Shown here one piece after another: positions 8,991 to 17,344 of a DNA stretch of 32,000 nucleotides. The stretch is from an uncultured Alphaproteobacteria bacterium (GTDB lineage Bacteria > Pseudomonadota > Alphaproteobacteria > Rs-D84 > CACZYB01). The stretch lies in contig CAKQHZ010000002.1 in NCBI GenBank assembly GCA_934246625.1, forward strand, positions 120,001 to 152,000, written 5' to 3'. The notes under the pieces are model-generated. The model had not been told where the DNA came from, did not search any database, and saw nothing but the letters and a program-made list of their open reading frames with translations. Positions within the stretch are counted from its first letter, which is position 1, and every line of letters begins with the position of its first letter. The translations under genes were made by a program, and so were the position numbers.

Positions 8991-10124
8991 TTACTTTTTC
9001 ACAGCAAAATTTTTACCATCTTTTGGAAGAAGTATATAGTAAGAACCACTTGACTTCATACGACCAGCCTTAAACAAAGCCTCTTCACCACTACCCCAGA
9101 AATAATCTGCACGAATAGCCCCCTTAATCGCCGCACCAATATCCTGTGCAACAACAAGTTTTTCTATTGGTTCACCATCAGGGTCAACAGTATCCAAAAA
9201 CAAAGGAAGTCCCAAAGGAATATATTCTGTATCCACCGCAACACTTCGTCCCGCAGTCAATGGAATCCCCATTGCGCCAATAGGACCTTCACCAACTATA
9301 TCACGAAAGAAAATATAACGTGGGTTTTGGTTAATATACTTTTTTGCTCTTTCTGGATTTTCATCAAGCCATTTTTTAATAGCACCCATTGAAAGTCCAT
9401 CTTTCGGTCTTATATTATTTTTTTGAAGTATAGAACCGATTCCAACAAATGAATGTCCGTTGTTTCCAGCATAGCCGATACGATAACGTTTTCCATCAGG
9501 TGTTCTAACTATGCCAGACCCTTGTATGTGGAGAAGGAGAACATCGGAAGCATTTTTTGCCCAAAACAAAACAGGAGCTTTATCCCTTACTGCACCATTA
9601 TCAATTTCTGTTCTGGAATGATACTTTGCACCATTACCTGGAAGGTCATAAGGTTTTCCATAAATAGGAGTCAAATGATTACAAGTTGGATTAAGAGAAC
9701 CTTCAAGCTCTGTTTCATAATAACTTGTAAAAGTTCCTGTTTTTGAACCATCAAGATTTTGAATCATATATGGGTCAAACCAATATTCAAAATATGTTTT
9801 TGCAACACTTGGAGTCACACTATCTTGAGGAATTGCATCACAAGCAGACTTCATAAAATCAGCAGAAATCACAATTTGTGAACTTGCAACGAAATCACCC
9901 TCACTCATAATTTTCATACAAGATTTTTTAAATGCCTCCAATGCTTCAACTTGATTATCCTTTGTCCAATTAGGAAGAGAATTAAAATCCATTTTTTGGA
10001 GTAGCATTTTTTTCTCAGATTTTTTGAAAGAAATTCTTTGGTCTATTTTTGAAGAACGGCAGGAAGTTAATCCAAGACATACTGTAAATAAAATCTTAAA
10101 AAGTTTTAATTGATTTCCTGCCAT
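8991..10124 (-). CDS. mltA: Membrane-bound lytic murein transglycosylase A (lipoprotein)
   Basis: It has a lipoprotein signal (LGLTSC). MltA-type motifs are present (GYAGNNGHSFVGIGSIL; VAVDTEYIPLG; AQDIGAAIKGAIRADYFWGSGEEA). Confidence 0.85.
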   Translation of the reverse strand: MAGNQLKLFKILFTVCLGLTSCRSSKIDQRISFKKSEKKMLLQKMDFNSLPNWTKDNQVEALEAFKKSCMKIMSEGDFVASSQIVISADFMKSACDAIPQDSVTPSVAKTYFEYWFDPYMIQNLDGSKTGTFTSYYETELEGSLNPTCNHLTPIYGKPYDLPGNGAKYHSRTEIDNGAVRDKAPVLFWAKNASDVLLLHIQGSGIVRTPDGKRYRIGYAGNNGHSFVGIGSILQKNNIRPKDGLSMGAIKKWLDENPERAKKYINQNPRYIFFRDIVGEGPIGAMGIPLTAGRSVAVDTEYIPLGLPLFLDTVDPDGEPIEKLVVAQDIGAAIKGAIRADYFWGSGEEALFKAGRMKSSGSYYILLPKDGKNFAVKK

Positions 10125-10328
10125 TTTTCCCTCATTTCGACTTTTTCATAATATCATAATTTTTTAAATGTGTAAAGGAGTTAATTTTATTTTTAAAAAT
10201 TATTTTACTTTTAATAAAACTATGTTATATTTGTTCACAGATACAGAAAATATCTGTATTTAGTATCAGGATATAGAGATACGGAGCTTTGAAAGGCTTT
10301 TATTAGACAAGGGTATAAAATAACCATC

Positions 10329-10353
10329 AGATACTCGTGGAGTATCTTTTTTT
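10329..10353 (+). terminator. Intrinsic terminator in the mltA / Cys-rich gene intergenic region (3' end of a candidate sRNA)
   Basis: An 8-bp stem (AGATACTC gtg GAGTATCT) is followed by a T7 run on the plus strand. No protein gene lies upstream on that strand. Confidence 0.6.
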
Positions 10354-10523
10354 ATACCTAAAGCCCCAACCTTTGTGGTTGGGGAGCTGTAGCCATACAA
10401 CAGGAATATTATCCTTATATAATATTCTGAAAACTACAGAATCATAGTCTAATGTGATCTTTCAACTTACCCGACCACTTATCTTTGATACGTGGGATTA
10501 TTTTTATAAAGGGGAAGAAAACC

Positions 10524-10961
10524 ATGAAAAACTTATCTAAAGTACTTTGTATTTGTGCGGGGGCTATCTCGGCAAATCCTATTAACCTTCAGGCTAAAAC
10601 TTTGCTTGAAACCTTGACTCAATACTGTGTTCCGACGGTTGGCAACTGCGACAAAAAGGCTACCTACAAAGAAAATATAATAGCACCTGGCGTTAAAAAA
10701 ACTTGGTGCGATTGTGCCAACATCAACAAATTCTATAACTCTTCGAATCGTTCTTGCGAGAACTGTATCCTCGGCTCTTTCGCAACCTCAGACTATAAAA
10801 CTTGTGAGCCTATTCATTGCCCTGACGGCTATGTTGCGACTTTGATTTCCAAAGGGGCGTGTCCAGATGGCTATACTTTGCAACAAATCAATGTGGCTTC
10901 GGGTTGTGGCGAGGGTTATGCGTTGAAGAAGTATAATCCGGCGACGAAGAGTTTTAATTAA
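10524..10961 (+). CDS. Secreted cysteine-rich protein (paralogue 1)
   Basis: I place the start at ATG 10524, after the GGGGAAG ribosome-binding site, rather than at the track start 10485. It has a signal peptide (MKNLSKVLCICAGAISANPINLQA). Spaced Cys patterns are present (CENCILGSFATSDYKTCEPIHCPDGY...CPDGY). Confidence 0.7.
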   Translation: MKNLSKVLCICAGAISANPINLQAKTLLETLTQYCVPTVGNCDKKATYKENIIAPGVKKTWCDCANINKFYNSSNRSCENCILGSFATSDYKTCEPIHCPDGYVATLISKGACPDGYTLQQINVASGCGEGYALKKYNPATKSFN

Positions 10962-11068
10962 AGATATGGGCGGGAGTTTTTTATCATAGTCTTGCTTCCG
11001 CCCTCCCAGATTGGCACTTTTGAAGAGGGGGAGGTGTCAAGGAAGAAACACCCTCGAAGGAGAAAAAA

Positions 11069-11788
11069 ATGAAAACCATGAAGAAAAAGAAATTAGCGGT
11101 GATAGGGATAGCGGGAATGCTCTCTGCAACACCTGCCTCCGCTCAAACATTTTATCAATGTATGCCTGTAAAGTGTAAAGCAGGAGAGTATGTAAGTGGC
11201 GGAAAGTGTTTACAATGTCCTGAAAATTATTACTGTAAAGATAGTATAAAAATACGTTGTTCATATAATACATATTCAAATGCTGGTGCGACAAGTTGTC
11301 AGGTATGTCCTGCTGGTAGTTATTGTGATTCAAATGGTATTCACCAGTGTGCTTATGGAACTTATTCTTTGGCGGGAAATTTACAGTGTGTAGAGTGTGC
11401 AAAGAAAGTTTATTATAAAGGACCAGGAGGCTGTAATAGCAGAGACGATTTGTGGACTAGAATGGAACTTTCTGTAGGTGGTGGTGGCTGTTCTTGCAGT
11501 GAGAATGGAAGTTTGACAACTTCCTCAGGTGTTTGTGGAGAAAAAGTTGTTAAAGGTAATGATGGATATGGAGTTTCACCATATTATCAATCTGTGATAC
11601 TTTTAAGTTGTGATAGAACAACTGGTCAAACTTATTTCTTTAAAGCTCAAGGAAAGGATGGAAAAGATGGTTTTAAATATTATGATGCAAAAGTTGGTGG
11701 TTGCCATATAGAACCTTGTCAAAATGATCCAATACATTGTGCTTATAAGCTGAACGATGATGGTTCTATAATGATAATAAGACAATAA
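11069..11788 (+). CDS. Secreted cysteine-rich repeat protein (paralogue 2), furin-like / ephrin-receptor-like CxxC...GxY repeats
   Basis: It has a signal peptide ending in ASAQ. Repeats such as CLQCPENYYC, CQVCPAGSYCDSNGIHQCAYGTYSLAGNLQCVEC follow. Confidence 0.7.
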   Translation: MKTMKKKKLAVIGIAGMLSATPASAQTFYQCMPVKCKAGEYVSGGKCLQCPENYYCKDSIKIRCSYNTYSNAGATSCQVCPAGSYCDSNGIHQCAYGTYSLAGNLQCVECAKKVYYKGPGGCNSRDDLWTRMELSVGGGGCSCSENGSLTTSSGVCGEKVVKGNDGYGVSPYYQSVILLSCDRTTGQTYFFKAQGKDGKDGFKYYDAKVGGCHIEPCQNDPIHCAYKLNDDGSIMIIRQ

Positions 11789-11791
11789 TGT

Positions 11792-11822
11792 AAAAGGGGA
11801 TATTATTTTATCCCCTTATTTA
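11792..11822. terminator. Bidirectional terminator between convergent genes
   Basis: A 9-bp stem (AAGGGGATA 11794-11802 / TATCCCCTT 11809-11817) is flanked by A/T runs. Confidence 0.6.
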
Positions 11823-12312
11823 ATTTATATTTATCGTTTTCGAATATTATGATGTTATCTTTTTGACTTAAAGTATATAATTTTTTTCGTAAATTATATA
11901 TGTGTGTGGCATAGGTTTTTGATTGTGATATTGATGAATATCCTAAAGTCTTTAGTATATCGGTAAGTGAAAGTCCATCAGTTGTATTATATAATATTTC
12001 AAGGAGTGTTAATTCTATTGCAGTTAAGGTTGCAGAGTTCTCCATAAAGGAAATTTTTCGATTTTCCTTGTTCACCAAAAAATTACAAAATGAAAATGTG
12101 TTTTGAAAGATGTTCTTTTTTAAAAGGTCCTTTATGTATAATGGCTTTTTAAAAACTATATCATTGATGATGAATGTATCGTTATTTTCCACTATAATAT
12201 TTGTTGTGTCATTTTGTGTGTCGGTAATTTCATATAAACCTATATCCATAAATATAGATTTGATTGCATTAAAAAGTAATTTATTTTCTGTTTTAAAAAA
12301 TATTTTTTCCAT
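11803..12312 (-). CDS. Orphan OmpR/PhoB-type winged-helix DNA-binding protein with a degenerate receiver-like N-terminus
   Basis: The C-terminal region (LTAIELTLLEILYNTTDGLSLTDILKTLGY...THIYNLRKKLYTL...IIIFENDKYKL) fits the trans_reg_C pattern. The N-terminal ~90 aa lacks a clear acidic phospho-acceptor pocket. No kinase gene is adjacent. Confidence 0.6.
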   Translation of the reverse strand: MEKIFFKTENKLLFNAIKSIFMDIGLYEITDTQNDTTNIIVENNDTFIINDIVFKKPLYIKDLLKKNIFQNTFSFCNFLVNKENRKISFMENSATLTAIELTLLEILYNTTDGLSLTDILKTLGYSSISQSKTYATHIYNLRKKLYTLSQKDNIIIFENDKYKLNKGIK

Positions 12313-12394
12313 AATGTTTGTATTATGACATAATTGCTTGTAAAGTAAAACTAAAAAATGTATATTTATAAATATGTAATCAAAGGAGGTTTTT

Positions 12395-13036
12395 ATGAAT
12401 AAGTTTATAAAAGTTTTATGTATGGTTGGGTTTTTGGCTGGTTGTAATGCAGTTTATACTGGAATGTCAAAAAGTGATTTGGCAATACAAACAAAGATGA
12501 GTTCTACTATTTGGCTTAATCCTACGGTTCCAGAAAATACCTATATTTATGTGCAATCAAGAAATACATCTGATAATTTTGCATTTAATGATTTGGGTAA
12601 TGATATTAAAAAGTCTTTGATGCTTAAAGGTTATTTGATTACCAATGACCCAAGTGAAGCAAACTTTGTTTTGCAAACCAATGTGTTAAAGGCTGTGATG
12701 GTATCGGATATTGCAAATGCGGATCAAGCATCATCTTCTGCTATGTTGACAGGAGCAGGTGTTGGCTTTGCCGTTGGAACAAAAAATAATAATACAACTG
12801 CGATAGGGGCTGGACTTCTTGCTGGGCTTGCTTCTATGTATATTGATGCGAATACTCGTGATAATTATTATGCTGTGCAAACAGATATTAGAATTACAGA
12901 AAAGTCAAAGGGTGTAAATCCAAAATATTATACAACTGTTTTGACAGTTATGGCAAATCAAGTTAATTTGACCCCACAAAGTGCAAGTGCTCCTATTAAA
13001 GAAGCGATTGCAAATTCTTTGGCTGGATTATTTTAA
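12395..13036 (+). CDS. traT: TraT-like outer-membrane lipoprotein (surface exclusion / complement resistance family)
   Basis: It has the lipobox LAGC. It matches remembered plasmid TraT along its length (QTKMSSTIWLNP vs KTQMSETIWLEP; NVLKA; Gly/Ala-rich central segment; C-terminal NQVNL...AIANSL). Confidence 0.75.
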   Translation: MNKFIKVLCMVGFLAGCNAVYTGMSKSDLAIQTKMSSTIWLNPTVPENTYIYVQSRNTSDNFAFNDLGNDIKKSLMLKGYLITNDPSEANFVLQTNVLKAVMVSDIANADQASSSAMLTGAGVGFAVGTKNNNTTAIGAGLLAGLASMYIDANTRDNYYAVQTDIRITEKSKGVNPKYYTTVLTVMANQVNLTPQSASAPIKEAIANSLAGLF

Positions 13037-13054
13037 ATAAAAATATTGTTTTAG

Positions 13055-13082
13055 TCCCCTTTTTGATAAGGGGATTTTTTTT
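13055..13082 (+). terminator. Intrinsic terminator after traT
   Basis: The stem TCCCCT / AGGGGA is followed by a T8 run. Confidence 0.65.
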
Positions 13083-13154
13083 ATATAAAATTATTGACAA
13101 AATAAATAAATTAGTATAAATTAAAGTCGATTATGTAATAAAAAGGACTTTAAA

Positions 13155-14381
13155 ATGGCTATAAACAAAGAAAAATCAATCAATTATGTTTTAAGTGGTG
13201 TTGTATTTATAATTGCGGTTGTGATTGTAAGCAAGTTGGCTTTGAACCTATGGCAATTTGATATTTTTAATTTAAAACATTATAAGGCCTTTGGTAGATT
13301 TATTGCAAATGGAAGGTTTTTTAAATCTCCTAAATATATTTCTTTTGTTATGGTTATGATTGGTTCTTGTTTAATTACTTATTTTTCAGTGTTGCAAAGT
13401 TTGGATTTTGATTTAAGCAAGTTTGTAAAGACTCCTGAACCAAAAAATGAAGATGCGGAAGTTGTTCCTGCAAATGTTGAGGAAAAAGAAGTGGCTCCTG
13501 TTGCACAACAAAAAGCAATGGAAGATGAAAAGAATTCACAATATGCAATGTATAATACTCCTTCTGAAGTAAAAGAAGTTGAAGTTGTAAATGAAAAGCA
13601 AGTTGTTCAAAATGCTCCTGTGAAAGAAGAGGTTGTTCCAGTAAAAGAAAATGTTGATGAGGAAAAGGAACGTGAAAGACTTCAATCAAAAATCAGAGAA
13701 GTGATGGAACGACTTAAAAACAAATCATTGAATCAAGATGAAAATGAAGATGAAGTCAAAGAAGAGGTTTCATCAGTTGTTCCAGAAGAACAAAAAATTT
13801 TGACACCTATGCAATTTGATGAATTAAAGAAAAGTAGTGAAATGAATTTCAAAAATATTTCACAAGAACAAAATACAAATATAGAGGAAACTTTTATTTC
13901 CGCTGGGTTTAAATTGCTAAGTGAAATAAGAATTGGTAAAACAGGTATTGATTATTTGGCGGTTTCAAAATCTGAAATTGCGATATTACAACTTGATACA
14001 AAAGATGGTAATTGGATGGCATCAGAAGACAAAATTGGTGATGAACTTCCTGTATGGTTTTCAGAGGAGGAAAGAAAGTATTCTCCTGTGGCAAGGGCTG
14101 TTGAAGCAAAGAACGCCATTGCGGAACTTATAAATGGAAAAGTTGATTTGCCAATAAAGGCTTATGCTTGTCTTGCAAACAGTGGTGTTATGAATTATTT
14201 CGATATAGAAAATAGTTGGAAAAATCTTGGTGTCGATGTGATACGTCTTTCTTCTAATAAAACAATAGATGATATTGATACTTTGGAAGAAACTTTCCCA
14301 ATTTCAAGTCAGGAAGAAGTTGATGAGGAAACTATGAATACTTTGATTGGAATTTTGGAAAAGGCTGAACTTCCTGAATAA
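13155..14381 (+). CDS. Membrane-anchored protein with acidic linker and C-terminal NERD-like (nuclease-related) domain
   Basis: It has two N-terminal hydrophobic helices and a Glu/Val/Lys-rich low-complexity linker. The C-terminus (GIDYLAVSKSEIAILQLDTKDGNW...VWF...YSPVARAVEAKNAIAELI) fits the NERD pattern. Confidence 0.5.
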   Translation: MAINKEKSINYVLSGVVFIIAVVIVSKLALNLWQFDIFNLKHYKAFGRFIANGRFFKSPKYISFVMVMIGSCLITYFSVLQSLDFDLSKFVKTPEPKNEDAEVVPANVEEKEVAPVAQQKAMEDEKNSQYAMYNTPSEVKEVEVVNEKQVVQNAPVKEEVVPVKENVDEEKERERLQSKIREVMERLKNKSLNQDENEDEVKEEVSSVVPEEQKILTPMQFDELKKSSEMNFKNISQEQNTNIEETFISAGFKLLSEIRIGKTGIDYLAVSKSEIAILQLDTKDGNWMASEDKIGDELPVWFSEEERKYSPVARAVEAKNAIAELINGKVDLPIKAYACLANSGVMNYFDIENSWKNLGVDVIRLSSNKTIDDIDTLEETFPISSQEEVDEETMNTLIGILEKAELPE

Positions 14382-14531
14382 TCTTTGGCAATACAACTAA
14401 AATCCTATTTTTATACAAAATATAGGGTTATAAATAATCTTGCTTTACTTTTTGTAAAATATTTTATATATTGTTATGCACGTATTTAAATTTGATACAA
14501 AAAATTATTTAACAAACAAAAGGAAACATAA

Positions 14532-14984
14532 ATGTTTAAAAAAAGAAAAGATATAAATGAATTGGTAACTGAATTAGTTGGACTTTTAAATCAACATAAC
14601 CTTTCTGAAATTGAATATGAAAGAAATGGTTCAAGAATTAAAATTTCAAATTCAAAAGGTGGTGCAATTATCGCTGGTGGTGTAATGCCTTCTGCAAGTG
14701 CTCCTGTTGCATCTGCTTCAAATACAAGTGTTTCTGTAAAAGAAGATTATTCAAATGCTCTTAAATCACCTATGGTTGGTGTTGTTTATATGAGCCCAGA
14801 ACCAAATGCAAAAAGTTTTGTTGTTGAAGGTCAATCAGTTAAAAAAGGTGATACTCTTTGTTTAATTGAAGCAATGAAAACTTTCAATCCTGTTAAATCA
14901 CCTGTTGATGGTGTTGTTAAAAAAATCCTTGTTAAAAATTCTGAAACAGTTGAATATGAACAACCTTTATTCGTTATAGAATAA
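14532..14984 (+). CDS. accB: Biotin carboxyl carrier protein of acetyl-CoA carboxylase
   Basis: It has the biotinylation motif EAMKTFN and an Ala/Pro/Ser linker. It lies directly upstream of accC. Confidence 0.93.
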   Translation: MFKKRKDINELVTELVGLLNQHNLSEIEYERNGSRIKISNSKGGAIIAGGVMPSASAPVASASNTSVSVKEDYSNALKSPMVGVVYMSPEPNAKSFVVEGQSVKKGDTLCLIEAMKTFNPVKSPVDGVVKKILVKNSETVEYEQPLFVIE

Positions 14985-14997
14985 GAAAGGCAATGAT

Positions 14998-16419
14998 ATG
15001 TTTAAAAAAATATTGATTGCGAATCGTGGTGAAATTGCACTTCGTATAATTCGTGCTTGTCGCGAAATGGGTATTAAAACTGTAGCTGTGCATTCTACTG
15101 TAGATAGTGATGCTATGTATGTTAAAATGGCAGATGAATCTGTTTGTATTGGACCTGCATCTTCTGCGGAATCTTATTTGAATAAGTCTGCAATTATTTC
15201 TGCTGCGGTGGTTACAAATGCAGATGCTGTGCACCCTGGATATGGTTTCTTGTCTGAAAATGCTGAATTTGCAGATATGTTAGAAGCTCATGGTATTGAA
15301 TTTATTGGACCTACACCTGAACATATACGAAAAATGGGTGATAAGGTTGAAGCAAAAAGAACTGCTATTGAATATGGTATTCCAGTTGTTCCAGGTAGTG
15401 ATGGCGCTTTGGATAATGTAAACGATGCAATTAAAACTGCAGAAAAAATTGGTTATCCTGTTATTATTAAGGCTGCTAGTGGTGGTGGCGGTAGAGGTAT
15501 GAAAATTGCTTTTAATGAAGAAGAGTTAAAGGCGCAATATCCTATTGCTAAATCTGAAGCAAAGTCTGCTTTTGGTGATGAACGTGTTTATATGGAAAAA
15601 TATCTTGTGAACCCAAAGCATATTGAAGTTCAAGTCCTTGGCGATAAATATGGTAATGTTGTAACTCTTGGTGAACGTGATTGTTCTTGCCAAAGAAAAA
15701 ACCAAAAACTTATTGAAGAGGCTCCTGCTTCTATTTTGACTAAAAAAGAAAGCACTGATATACAAGCTATTGTAAGAAATGCAATGCAAAAAATGGGTTA
15801 TCGTGGTGTTGGAACTATTGAATTTTTGTTTGAAAATGGAAAATTCTATTTCATGGAAATGAATACAAGACTTCAAGTTGAACATCCTGTAACTGAACAA
15901 GTTTTCGGTGTTGATTTGGTTCGTGAACAAATTCGTGTTGCTCAAGGTGAAAAACTTGGTTATAAACAAGAAGATATTAAACCAAATGGTCATGCTATTG
16001 AATGTCGTATCAATGCAGAAGACCCAGAAACATTTATTCCTTTCCCTGGAACAGTAAAATATTATCATGCTCCTGGTGGTTTAGGTGTTCGTGTTGATAG
16101 TGGTCTTTACAGTGGTTATAAAATTCCATCTTGTTATGATAGTATGATTGCGAAAATTATTGTTTTTGCACCAACAAGAAAAGATGCAATTATCAGAATG
16201 CATCATTCTTTGAACGAATTTGTTATTGATGGTATTAAAACTTCTATTCCTTTGGATCAAAAAATTCTTGCACAAGAAGAATTTAAAAAGGGAACTTATC
16301 CAATTCATTGGTTAGAGGATTTTATTAAATCTGAACGAGCAGAAAAGGAAGAAGCTCTTAAACAAGAAGAGGAAAAAGAAGTTAAAAAACATAAAAAAAC
16401 TTCAAAATCAAAAAAGTAA
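14998..16419 (+). CDS. accC: Biotin carboxylase with a short Lys/Glu-rich C-terminal extension
   Basis: It begins MFKKILIANRGEIALRIIRA and has the ATP-grasp motifs (GGGGRGM; EMNTRLQVEHPVTE). About 25 extra residues at the end are KEEALKQEEEKEVKKHKKTSKSKK. Confidence 0.96.
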   Translation: MFKKILIANRGEIALRIIRACREMGIKTVAVHSTVDSDAMYVKMADESVCIGPASSAESYLNKSAIISAAVVTNADAVHPGYGFLSENAEFADMLEAHGIEFIGPTPEHIRKMGDKVEAKRTAIEYGIPVVPGSDGALDNVNDAIKTAEKIGYPVIIKAASGGGGRGMKIAFNEEELKAQYPIAKSEAKSAFGDERVYMEKYLVNPKHIEVQVLGDKYGNVVTLGERDCSCQRKNQKLIEEAPASILTKKESTDIQAIVRNAMQKMGYRGVGTIEFLFENGKFYFMEMNTRLQVEHPVTEQVFGVDLVREQIRVAQGEKLGYKQEDIKPNGHAIECRINAEDPETFIPFPGTVKYYHAPGGLGVRVDSGLYSGYKIPSCYDSMIAKIIVFAPTRKDAIIRMHHSLNEFVIDGIKTSIPLDQKILAQEEFKKGTYPIHWLEDFIKSERAEKEEALKQEEEKEVKKHKKTSKSKK

Positions 16420-16425
16420 AAATGA

Positions 16426-16450
16426 AATCCCCCAATAAGGGGGATTTTTT
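16426..16450. terminator. Intrinsic terminator after accC, possibly shared with the convergent gene
   Basis: The stem AATCCCCC / GGGGGATT has a 5-nt loop and is followed by a T-run. Confidence 0.65.
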
Positions 16451-16466
16451 AATTGTATAAATTATT

Positions 16467-16931
16467 TTATTGGTGAACACCTCCACCAGTATTTTGGCCA
16501 CGTTCGTTTGCAGATATTTTATATGATGATTTTTCTGTGCAATATCCAAATGAATTTACGACATAACCATTTTTGCAAGTTGTTGACCAGCCAGTTTTGT
16601 TATCACAAGTTTCCATATAAGGATCTCTTTGAGAACAAGACTTGCATGCAGTTTGTCCATAACTTGGATTGTATGTTTTAGCTGGGCATGTGTCACAATA
16701 ATTTTTAGGGTAACGGTTAAATATAATAGGACGTCTATCAGAGTAAGGGCTAAATATAATAGGACGTCTATCAGAGTAAGGGCTAAATATAATAGGACGG
16801 CTATATTTAGAAATTGTTCCTGGTGGGCATGCTTTACAGCTGTAAGTTTTTTGAGTGTTTGCATAGGTTTGTTGTATAGGTATGCTTAATATTCCTATTA
16901 TCACAAATAGGGAAAAGTGTAATTTCGTCAT
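16467..16931 (-). CDS. Secreted cysteine-rich protein (paralogue 3) with an internal 11-aa tandem repeat
   Basis: I place the start at ATG 16931 (MTKLHFSLFVIIGILSIPIQQTYA, after AAAGGAAG) rather than 16967. It has the motifs CKACPPGT and CDTCPAKTYNPSYGQTACKSC. The peptide RPIIFSPYSDR is repeated. Confidence 0.7.
   Translation of the reverse strand: MTKLHFSLFVIIGILSIPIQQTYANTQKTYSCKACPPGTISKYSRPIIFSPYSDRRPIIFSPYSDRRPIIFNRYPKNYCDTCPAKTYNPSYGQTACKSCSQRDPYMETCDNKTGWSTTCKNGYVVNSFGYCTEKSSYKISANERGQNTGGGVHQ
16718..16800. repeat. 33-bp in-frame tandem repeat (2.5 copies) inside the Cys-rich gene
   Basis: TAAATATAATAGGACGTCTATCAGAGTAAGGGC occurs at 16718-16750 and again identically at 16751-16783. 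A partial third copy runs to about 16800. Confidence 0.9.
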
Positions 16932-17267
16932 TGGTCTTCCTTTCTTTTTTACATAAAAAAGCCACACTTGTCCTTGTGTGGTCGGGTAGTTAGTCGAATC
17001 TTACAATAAAATTCCTATGGCTTTTGGAAAAAAAATTTCCCTGTTCTATAACCATAGCTACCCGACTTTTTAAAGTCAGGTAGTTTGGTGGTGATTACAC
17101 CTTTTTATTGTAATGGGCGACTAAACCCTAAATATAGAGACTAATCTATATTTGTTGATAGTATATATGATAAGTTTTTATGGCGCAAGTTGAAATTTTT
17201 TGTGTGAATTTTTCGTAGGGTTTTAAGATTTGTAATTGGCAAAAAATAAAGTGTTCTAAAATTGTTC

Positions 17268-17296
17268 TTGACTTTTTATCAAAAATAGTGTATAGT
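17268..17296 (+). promoter_or_regulatory. Sigma70-type promoter at the left edge of the phage-like cluster
   Basis: TTGACT (17268-17273), a 17-nt spacer, then TATAGT (17291-17296). Confidence 0.55.
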
Positions 17297-17344
17297 AAAT
17301 TTCAACTAATGGGATAAGTGTGCCCATTTTTATATTTAATTTAG

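Noticed and set aside
15526-16068. Long antisense ORFs appear in the track (for example 15526-16068, 29469-29999, 18930-19427, 13375-13689, 22531-22869, 28399-28725).
   Set aside because: Each lies opposite a gene with clear family motifs (accC, portal, the Lys-rich gene, NERD protein, gp12-like, ftsZ). Each has low-complexity, Phe/Ile/Asn-rich translations typical of the antisense frame in AT-rich DNA.
16962-17066. The large plus-strand hairpin GTCGGGTAG...CTACCCGAC plus TTTTT could be a plus-strand terminator or sRNA after accC.
   Set aside because: accC already has its own terminator at 16426-16450, and no plus-strand gene ends here. The same sequence read on the minus strand matches the conserved leader of the Cys-rich gene. 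The minus-strand interpretation is therefore preferred.
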